Shown here: one piece after another, positions 57,196 to 64,000 of the stretch | Layout: each line of letters starts with the position of its first letter | Numbering within the stretch: position 1 is the first letter of the stretch | From: Candidatus Poribacteria bacterium | Lineage (GTDB): Bacteria > Poribacteria > WGA-4E > WGA-3G | Reading direction: 5' to 3' | Length of the DNA stretch: 64,000 nt | NCBI GenBank assembly: GCA_022819945.1 | Contig: JAJEGI010000021.1 | Span: forward strand, 9,310 to 73,309 | Program-made: the position numbers and the translations under genes | The notes under the pieces: generated by a model | The model's input: the letters and a program-made list of their open reading frames with translations, nothing else | Told to the model about the DNA's origin: nothing | Databases searched by the model: none

Positions 57196-57345
57196 GATAA
57201 GTTATAAGTTATAAGTTATAAGTCTGGTTTCTAATGCTTGCCTATCTCTTTGTAGTCCATCGTTACCAAATTGATGCATCGACGTGAGAGAAAAGAGATG
57301 ATAAACTCTCTTAACTTATAACTTATAACCAACAACTAACAACTA
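57196..57345. repeat. About 150 bp element bounded by inverted TTATAAG arrays
   Basis: Left gataagttataagttataagttataagtctgg; right cttataacttataaccaacaact; ends match the element at 26250. Confidence 0.75.
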
Positions 57346-57347
57346 TT

Positions 57348-58766
57348 CTAACCGATTGAACCTTCCATTTGAAGTTGGATGAGACGGTTCATTTCCACAG
57401 CATATTCCATCGGAAGTTCTTTGACGAGAGGTTCGATGAATCCGTTGACAATCATCGTAGAGGCTTCTTCTTCCGAAAGCCCGCGGCTCATCAAGTAAAA
57501 GAGCTGTTCCTCTCCAATTTTGCTGACACGCGCCTCATGTTCAATATTCGTATCGTTCTCGCTAATCTCAATAACTGGATAGGTGTCGGAACGGGAATCC
57601 TTATCAAGGATCAGCGCGTCACAGACGACGTGTGATTTACAACCCTTCGCGCCTTTCGCGACATCCACCCATCCGCGATAACTCGATCTGCCACCATCTT
57701 TGCTGATACTTTTGGAAGTAATCTGCGAAGTGGTGTTCGGTGCGCAGTGGTAGACTTTCGCGCCGGCGTCTTGGTGCTGTCCTTTGCTCGCGAACGCGAT
57801 TGACAGAATATCGCCGCGCGCGCCGGGTTCCATCATGTAGACGCTCGGATACTTCATCGTCAACTTACTACCGAGGTTACCATCGACCCATTCCATCTGC
57901 GCGTCCTCATAAGCAAATGCCCGTTTCGTGACGAGATTATATACATTGTTCGCCCAGTTCTGGATAGTGGTATAACGTACCCGCGAACCTTTCATGCAGA
58001 CAATCTCAACTACTGCGCTGTGCAGAGATTCGCTGCTGAATGTCGGTGCTGTGCATCCTTCAACGTAATGTACCTGCGAACCTTCGTCAGCGATGATGAG
58101 TGTACGTTCAAACTGTCCCATGTTTTCGCTGTTGATACGGAAATAGGCTTGCAATGGGTATTCCACTTTTACACCCGGCGGGACATAAACGAAGCTGCCG
58201 CCACTCCAGACCGCGCTGTTAAGTGCTGCGAACTGGTTATCCGCAGAGGGAATAATCGTACCGAAGTATTTCTTGACGAGATCAGGATACTCTTTGATAG
58301 CGGTATCGGTATCGAGGAACACAACACCGATTTTGTCCAATTCTTCGACGATGTTATGGTAAACGACTTCGGAGTCGTATTGTGCGCCGACACCCGCGAG
58401 GAACTTCCGTTCGGCTTCGGGGATCCCGAGTCGGTCAAAGGTTTTCTTGATGTCGTCGGGTACATCGTCCCAGCTGCGTTCACTTCGGTCAGAGGCTTTG
58501 ACGTAGTAGTAGATGTCATCAAAATCGAGTTGTGACAGGTCGCCGCCCCATTTGGTCATCGGCTTCTGCTTGAAAATCTTGTATGCCTCGAGCCGATACT
58601 GTCGCATCCAGTCGGGTTCGCCTTTGATGTCGCACATCTGATTGATAACTTCCTCGTCCAAACCCTTACGAGATTTGAACGTCGGCTTAATATCATCATG
58701 GAACCCATATTGGTATTCGTTACTAATTCCGATTTCTTCAATTGTGTTCGTTTCAGACTTCGCCAT
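57348..58766 (-). CDS. sufB: Fe-S assembly protein SufB
   Basis: [47 protein letters not shown]. Confidence 0.97.
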   Translation of the reverse strand: MAKSETNTIEEIGISNEYQYGFHDDIKPTFKSRKGLDEEVINQMCDIKGEPDWMRQYRLEAYKIFKQKPMTKWGGDLSQLDFDDIYYYVKASDRSERSWDDVPDDIKKTFDRLGIPEAERKFLAGVGAQYDSEVVYHNIVEELDKIGVVFLDTDTAIKEYPDLVKKYFGTIIPSADNQFAALNSAVWSGGSFVYVPPGVKVEYPLQAYFRINSENMGQFERTLIIADEGSQVHYVEGCTAPTFSSESLHSAVVEIVCMKGSRVRYTTIQNWANNVYNLVTKRAFAYEDAQMEWVDGNLGSKLTMKYPSVYMMEPGARGDILSIAFASKGQHQDAGAKVYHCAPNTTSQITSKSISKDGGRSSYRGWVDVAKGAKGCKSHVVCDALILDKDSRSDTYPVIEISENDTNIEHEARVSKIGEEQLFYLMSRGLSEEEASTMIVNGFIEPLVKELPMEYAVEMNRLIQLQMEGSIG

Positions 58767-59559
58767 TTTGCTCCTCCTCTTTTTTAATACCGTGTTTTTC
58801 ACGAATCGGATCGTAGCCTTCTGCCTCTAACATCTCTGCGAGTTCCCATCCACCCGATTCAACGATCCTCCCATCAAGCAGGATATGTATGAACTGCGGA
58901 CGGATATATTCCAACAAGCGTGGATAGTGGGTGATAATCAGTACGCCTAACTCTGGTCCAACCAACCGACTGACGCTATCACCGACGATTCGGACGGCAT
59001 CGATATCGAGTCCGGAATCGGTTTCATCAAGAATAGCGATCTTCGGTTCAAGCATTGCGAGTTGCAGGATTTCAGCGCGTTTCTTTTCACCACCAGAGAA
59101 CCCGTCGTTGAGGTACCGTCTTGCGAAGGAATCGTCAACGCCGAGTTGTTGCATTTTTTCGCGAAGTTCGCCCCGGAATTCGCGCATTGGAATGAGTCCA
59201 TCTTTGTCCGAACCATTTCCGTTTTTTCCACGGACCGCGCTGACGGCGAGTCGCAGAAAGTTCGCCAGACTGACGCCAGGGATCGCCGTTGGATACTGAA
59301 AAGCGAGGAAAAGTCCGAGTTTCGCGCGTTCGTTCGGCTCTAACGCCAAGACATCAGTGCCGCTAAAAATTACTTCGCCGGAATCAACTTCGTAGAGTGG
59401 GTGCCCCATCAAACCGTTAGCGAGGCTACTCTTGCCAGAGCCGTTCGGTCCCATAAGTGCGTGAACTTCACCGGGTTTTACAGTTAAACTTAATCCTTGG
59501 ATAATTGGTTTCCCTTGCACACTGATATGCAAGTCTTTAATTGTCAATTCATTGCTCAT
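58753..59559 (-). CDS. sufC: Fe-S assembly ATPase SufC
   Basis: [35 protein letters not shown]. Confidence 0.96.
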   Translation of the reverse strand: MSNELTIKDLHISVQGKPIIQGLSLTVKPGEVHALMGPNGSGKSSLANGLMGHPLYEVDSGEVIFSGTDVLALEPNERAKLGLFLAFQYPTAIPGVSLANFLRLAVSAVRGKNGNGSDKDGLIPMREFRGELREKMQQLGVDDSFARRYLNDGFSGGEKKRAEILQLAMLEPKIAILDETDSGLDIDAVRIVGDSVSRLVGPELGVLIITHYPRLLEYIRPQFIHILLDGRIVESGGWELAEMLEAEGYDPIREKHGIKKEEEQNGEV

Positions 59560-59637
59560 TTTTTAATTTCGGACTCCTTACTTGTGGTAAATTTAGAGCG
59601 TTGAGCACTATGCTATTTGCGAATGCATTTTTAGTGT

Positions 59638-60633
59638 TTATCCGCCAATTCTTGACATATTCCGCTCCGGTTTAATGAAATCTGCGGCATTAATCTTGTG
59701 CCCTGCTTCTTTTTGTTTCACAGCATCAAGGATTAACGCTGTAATCACTTCATCGGACGCACCTTCACGTAGCGGCGTAAGCAGGTCGGTTTCCGTTAGT
59801 GAGAAGAGACATGTCCGAAACTTGCCATCAGCCGTGAGGCGCACTCGGTTGCAGTTTTCACAGAACGGTTCACTGACAGAGGGTATAACACCGACTTCGT
59901 TTCCATTATCGGCGAAGCGATAACGTTGGGCAGTATCACTCTTTGCCTCCCCGTTTAAGGTTACCGGTGCGAGTGGGTAGACGGCGTTAATTTTCGCGAT
60001 AATCTCTTTTCCGGGGATGTACATGTTACGTCCCCACACGTCATCTGCATCAAGTGGCATAAATTCGATGAACCGGAGTTGATAGTTATTTTGACGTGCG
60101 AAAGTGGCTAAATCGACAATTTCATCATCGGTAAAGCCTCGCATTGCAACAGCATTGACTTTAATGGGGTTGAACCCGCAGTCGTGTGCTGTTTTAAGCC
60201 CTTTAAGCACACGTGAGAGCACCTTCCGGCGCGTCATCTGCTCAAACTTCTCTTCATTAAGCGTATCCAAACTCACGTTAATCCGGCGGAGTCCAGCATC
60301 ATAAAGTGCTCGCGCCTGGTTAATGAGACCGATGCCATTTGTCGTCAAACTAATATCTTTGAGACCTTCTAACTGTGCCAATCGTTTTATGAGTATAGGC
60401 ACGTCGGGCCGGACAAGCGGCTCGCCCCCGGTAATGCGTACTTTGTTAACACCCAACGCGACGAATATGCGCGCGAGATGCAGAATCTCGTCATAAGTCA
60501 TAAGTGCCGCATCTGGCATGAAGGTCATGTCTTCTGGCATACAGTAGATGCATCGAAAATTGCAGACATCCGTAACCGAGATTCTGAGATTCGTATGGAT
60601 CCGCCCAAAGCGGTCAAGCATCTGTTTTTTCAT
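59638..60633 (-). CDS. moaA: GTP 3',8-cyclase MoaA
   Basis: CNFRCIYCMP, RITGGEP, RFIEFMP, FCENCNR...C, MSRIGG. Confidence 0.97.
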   Translation of the reverse strand: MKKQMLDRFGRIHTNLRISVTDVCNFRCIYCMPEDMTFMPDAALMTYDEILHLARIFVALGVNKVRITGGEPLVRPDVPILIKRLAQLEGLKDISLTTNGIGLINQARALYDAGLRRINVSLDTLNEEKFEQMTRRKVLSRVLKGLKTAHDCGFNPIKVNAVAMRGFTDDEIVDLATFARQNNYQLRFIEFMPLDADDVWGRNMYIPGKEIIAKINAVYPLAPVTLNGEAKSDTAQRYRFADNGNEVGVIPSVSEPFCENCNRVRLTADGKFRTCLFSLTETDLLTPLREGASDEVITALILDAVKQKEAGHKINAADFIKPERNMSRIGG

Positions 60634-60664
60634 TTTAAATTTAGATAGTCCCGAATTTATTAAT

Positions 60665-60693
60665 AGTATATCACATCGGTATTCTTTTTGCAA
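60665..60693 (-). promoter_or_regulatory. Sigma70 promoter for the moaA-suf cluster
   Basis: TTGCAA-17-TATACT with extended TG. Confidence 0.6.
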
Positions 60694-60847
60694 GTATTTT
60701 TTATAGTAAAAGCTTTAAAAAAGATTTTGTGTAAAACGGAAGATTTGAAAGATCGCGAGCGCAGCGCGCTCCCACAGAAAAGGGACGTTGAACAAACGTG
60801 GAAAAATATGGAGCACTAAATGCTCCTATTCTGCAGAAGACTTTTTG

Positions 60848-60876
60848 TTGACATATTTGTAACTTTGATGTATAAT
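60848..60876 (+). promoter_or_regulatory. Consensus sigma70 promoter
   Basis: TTGACA-17-TATAAT. Confidence 0.75.
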
Positions 60877-60910
60877 ACATTCATATTTCTGTAAACTGGG
60901 GGAAAAATTA

Positions 60911-61279
60911 ATGAGTGAAAAAGTGTTCCAAGTCGGTGGTGTTGAACTCCACGTTGACGAGCGTAATTTCGGAGCAGATGGTGGTCCCTCTGTGCGTGTT
61001 TACGGCGAGGCGGATGGTAAAGATATTCAACTCCTTCGTTTCGACTGCTTCCGCAAGGATCCGCACTATCACTACGATCCCTCCGGGAAGAATGACCAGC
61101 GGCATCTCGATAAAACGAGTGTGCCGGATTCAGTCGCATGGACGATTGAACAATTAGGACAAAACCTCGTGGAGATGATTCACACGGCGGGTTATAGCAG
61201 CGTCGCTGACAAAGTTGATCAAGCGGCAGTTGCGCAAGTCCTGCCTGAAGTCGAATCTCTTATGCGAGGCGAGACTTAA
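60911..61279 (+). CDS. Conserved-looking hypothetical protein (RFDCF...PHYHY motif)
   Basis: Clean ORF behind a consensus promoter and RBS. Confidence 0.8.
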   Translation: MSEKVFQVGGVELHVDERNFGADGGPSVRVYGEADGKDIQLLRFDCFRKDPHYHYDPSGKNDQRHLDKTSVPDSVAWTIEQLGQNLVEMIHTAGYSSVADKVDQAAVAQVLPEVESLMRGET

Positions 61280-61319
61280 TCTTATAAATATATTTTAAGG
61301 CATAAAGGAGAAAATTGAC

Positions 61320-61985
61320 GTGACGAAATCTATTACTATTAGCGTGTTCCTGTTCACACTGCTCATAGGTCTGAGTGCTTTTGCGGGAACTCCGATAGAC
61401 TGGGGAAAATGGAAGGAAGGGGAACTTCTCCTCGAAAATCATAGTTTTGAAGAGGATTTAGCTGCTTGGGAGTTAGAGGATGGTGCCTGTTGCGATCGCG
61501 GTGGACTCTACACAATGGAAATCGACAAGAAAAACCCGCAACACGGAAAACAGTCGCTTAAAGTGGTCGGGCATAAAGCAACAGGAACCGCGTGGCATGC
61601 AAAGGTTAAGCAAAGGGATGCCTCAATGAAGTCGGGTGAGACGTACACTGTGATTTTTTGGGCACGCTCTGAGAAGCCGCGCGAAGTAACCCTCAGCATC
61701 CAGATGCAACACGACCCTTGGACTTTCTACCAAGGTGGTGCCATCAATCTATTAGGCCCGGAGTGGACGGAGTACCATATCACCTTCAACTCGACTGCCG
61801 ATGTTGAAAGAGACATGTGGGTAGGGTTGTCGATTGCCCAATCCGATGAAGATTTCTGGATTGATAACTTCCGATACTTTGAAGGCGAACCGGAAGACGA
61901 TCTGAACCGTGAGACACCGTTCCCTGTTGATGCGAAAGAAAAATTGGCGACACAGTGGGGTGAAATTAAAGCGGAACGGTTCTAA
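61320..61985 (+). CDS. Secreted CBM4/9-like carbohydrate-binding protein with C-terminal KLATQWG motif
   Basis: Signal peptide, NHSFE, YTVIFWARS, WTEY...F, WIDN; ends VDAKEKLATQWGEIK. Confidence 0.85.
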   Translation: MTKSITISVFLFTLLIGLSAFAGTPIDWGKWKEGELLLENHSFEEDLAAWELEDGACCDRGGLYTMEIDKKNPQHGKQSLKVVGHKATGTAWHAKVKQRDASMKSGETYTVIFWARSEKPREVTLSIQMQHDPWTFYQGGAINLLGPEWTEYHITFNSTADVERDMWVGLSIAQSDEDFWIDNFRYFEGEPEDDLNRETPFPVDAKEKLATQWGEIKAERF

Positions 61986-62011
61986 CCGAACAAAGAGATT
62001 GTCAAAATATT

Positions 62012-62059
62012 ATAGCCGTCACGCGCTACATTCTATAGGCGTGCCGGCTATCTCTTTTT
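62012..62059. terminator. Hairpin between convergent genes, likely intrinsic terminator
   Basis: ATAGCCGtCACGC...GCGTGcCGGCTAT followed by ctcttttt. Confidence 0.6.
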
Positions 62060-62083
62060 AGACTATAACTAATCATTGTTACG

Positions 62084-62719
62084 CTAAATCAATCTTCTAA
62101 AGCTGAGTGATACCCGTTGCTGGCGCGCATATTTGCGATCCTCCCAGACATCGGTTTTTCTGGCGGGAATTCCGTGCATCCATCTGTTTTTTGCATCCGC
62201 GCTTAGGACAGTTAAACTCCCGGGCGCGAGCCAGATCGGAATTTTTTGGGTTGTATCAGTTGTGAGTGTTAGATTCATCACACAACTTGAATTCAAACTC
62301 AAGATGCAAATCGTATCCATGAAACACGCTTCTTTATCGGTATGGTCTCCGATACCTTGACCGGGTTGGTACTCGCTAACAAGCACTTGATTTGCGATTT
62401 TTGGCATGTGTCCGTCATTTTGTAACTTGAGACAAAGCCTGTTCAACCATTCCGGAAACTCACTCACTTCCAAATCATCATTTTTCTTCTGTTCACTGTA
62501 GTCATACCTTTGTCCGTAATGTTGAACGCGTCGCTGAAAATAATATTCCCACTGCTGTTTACTGATCCGATCTAACAACCAATTGTGTTGTGCTTCTGTG
62601 AGATAGTCAGCAATATACCGGAGTCCGCGTACCGTTTCAATGGCATGCTGATTTGTGGGTATGGGTAACGGTTGAGAAAATTGCTGATTTGATGTGGGAA
62701 ATAGCGATAGTTGTTCCAT
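62084..62719 (-). CDS. AlkB family Fe/2OG dioxygenase
   Basis: RRVQHYG, EYQPGQGIGDHTD, LSL, W.HGI, RVSLSFR. Confidence 0.92.
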   Translation of the reverse strand: MEQLSLFPTSNQQFSQPLPIPTNQHAIETVRGLRYIADYLTEAQHNWLLDRISKQQWEYYFQRRVQHYGQRYDYSEQKKNDDLEVSEFPEWLNRLCLKLQNDGHMPKIANQVLVSEYQPGQGIGDHTDKEACFMDTICILSLNSSCVMNLTLTTDTTQKIPIWLAPGSLTVLSADAKNRWMHGIPARKTDVWEDRKYARQQRVSLSFRRLI

Positions 62720-62783
62720 TATCAGTCGTTATTGCTGCGTACCTTATGCCCTAAAACATATAACCTATTATTAGTATAGTGTA

Positions 62784-62812
62784 ATTATACTGTGTTTTCG
62801 TGTGGATGTCAA
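62784..62812 (-). promoter_or_regulatory. Consensus sigma70 promoter for the alkB-like gene
   Basis: TTGACA-17-TATAAT. Confidence 0.7.
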
Positions 62813-62836
62813 GTCTTTTTTAGATTGGGGTAAAAT

Positions 62837-63745
62837 TTACGCGTCGTAAAGCATTTCATAATAGACTTTGGCGTTCTTGTGCAGTGAACCATTTATGAGT
62901 CTACAGTAAGAAAACGTTTCAACATCCGATTGGGTTGTTTGACTGCCAAACATTGGAAGGTTCGTTTTAAGTTTTTCCCACTTGCCATACGTTTTCAGAC
63001 GGTCGGACTTGGACAGTGAGCGATGATCAGGATTGTGGTACACGAAGCACATTTTATGCTGATTGTATTTTTCTATAATCCGAATGAGGACATTAGATAA
63101 GTTATTGATGTCTAATGTCGGACTCGAGAAAAAATAGCAAAAATTAAATAGAATCTGTGTCTGATCGCCGTTTTCAATGTACTTGTTCAATAATTTGGTC
63201 AAATCATCAGCATCGCGGGTTAACTCAAATTTGTCAAAGAAAGGCTCTTTATATCTGTTAGGACCGTATTTGTTGATTGATGCTGCCTTATCAAGCATAG
63301 TTTGCGAACTGTCAATTCCGAAATAAGTGATGTCGCGCTGTCCGGTAAAAGCGCGAAAAGCGATCCCTGAAGTTAATGGACCACAACCGAAATCAATAAA
63401 CACGACTTCATGCTTTCCGTTTATCGGTGGGAGGCAGTTCGTAAAGATGTGATAGGAACCGAAAAGGTGGCGAGGCATGTGATGGACGCAATAGATAGAT
63501 ACCTTGTCTTTCGGGAAATAATACGCACTGGATGCTTTATCAAATGATACGTTATCGTAATTGCTCTGTCCTTGACTTAGAATGCGTGCTATATCTTCCC
63601 AGTAGTATATTTTTGTGTTTTTAACATCCGCTGCGAGTGCCGGTAGATCGTGTTCAAAGGGTTGTATGACCAGTTCTTTAAACAGATTCTGTAGGTTTTC
63701 ACTGGGTTCATAGTAGTTATCATAGGGACGGTGGATATAGGCCAT
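62837..63745 (-). CDS. SAM-methyltransferase-fold hypothetical protein
   Basis: FIDFGCGPLT, YFGIDSS. Confidence 0.7.
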   Translation of the reverse strand: MAYIHRPYDNYYEPSENLQNLFKELVIQPFEHDLPALAADVKNTKIYYWEDIARILSQGQSNYDNVSFDKASSAYYFPKDKVSIYCVHHMPRHLFGSYHIFTNCLPPINGKHEVVFIDFGCGPLTSGIAFRAFTGQRDITYFGIDSSQTMLDKAASINKYGPNRYKEPFFDKFELTRDADDLTKLLNKYIENGDQTQILFNFCYFFSSPTLDINNLSNVLIRIIEKYNQHKMCFVYHNPDHRSLSKSDRLKTYGKWEKLKTNLPMFGSQTTQSDVETFSYCRLINGSLHKNAKVYYEMLYDA

Positions 63746-63857
63746 ATTTCGGAAATTTCTCTGGGTAATAGTATGGCGGATAGTGCCGTTGTGTTTTCGG
63801 TTTTTAGAATTGTATGAAATGGGTCACGATCAGGAGATCTAAAAAGTGCCGCTGGGT

Positions 63858-64000
63858 TTATGTCGGGACAGATACAGGACGCTCTTCCAATTCGCCGCGG
63901 TATGCAAACAGGATCGCAACCGCAATGCATATTCCGACAATCCCCACCGGTGAGAAGTTACCGATCGAATCCACCAACAATCCGAGCAGCGGTGCAAGGA
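63858..64000 (-). CDS. C-terminus of a membrane transporter (MFS-like), partial
   Basis: Manual translation LAPLLGLLVDSIGNFSPVGIVGICIAVAILFAYRGE...PT*. Confidence 0.6.
   Translation of the reverse strand, partial: LAPLLGLLVDSIGNFSPVGIVGICIAVAILFAYRGELEERPVSVPT

Noticed and set aside
57348-58766. Intein in SufB
   Set aside because: Normal length (472 aa) with continuous motifs.
1-64000. tRNA, rRNA, transposase, integrase or prophage genes
   Set aside because: None recognised by eye in the intergenic gaps or ORFs; a tRNAscan/Rfam run would be needed to exclude small RNAs.

Overview
Gene-dense bacterial chromosome segment of roughly 47-50% GC (by eye), mostly encoded on the minus strand. Its content suggests Candidatus Poribacteria or a relative (inference): secreted LamG/CBM proteins ending in a shared V[ED]xxxKL[AT]TxW[GA]x[LI]K motif, a WD40 repeat protein, FGE-sulfatase domain proteins, a sulfatase, PhyH, Gfo/Idh/MocA enzymes and many short palindromic and heptamer repeats. 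Recognisable genes include an AddA-like helicase, selA, comM, an ECF sigma/anti-sigma/HtrA operon, a TonB-dependent receptor, and an extended moaA-sufCBD-grx-sufS-sufU-ferredoxin-sufT-DUF971-rhodanese cluster interrupted by a toxin-antitoxin pair. I found no rRNA, tRNA, CRISPR array or intact transposase. Main unusual items: the C-terminal putative sorting signal; a membrane-anchored ECF sigma whose outer domain is duplicated as the next gene; a Cys-rich RelE-like toxin in the SUF operon broken at a poly-T tract; a perfect palindrome in frame inside sufD; an ART-like/HEAT fusion; a structured leader before the WD40 gene; heptamer-bounded MITE-like elements; a LecA-like lectin; and an uncalled 57-aa zinc-ribbon gene beside an internally deleted Uma2 gene.
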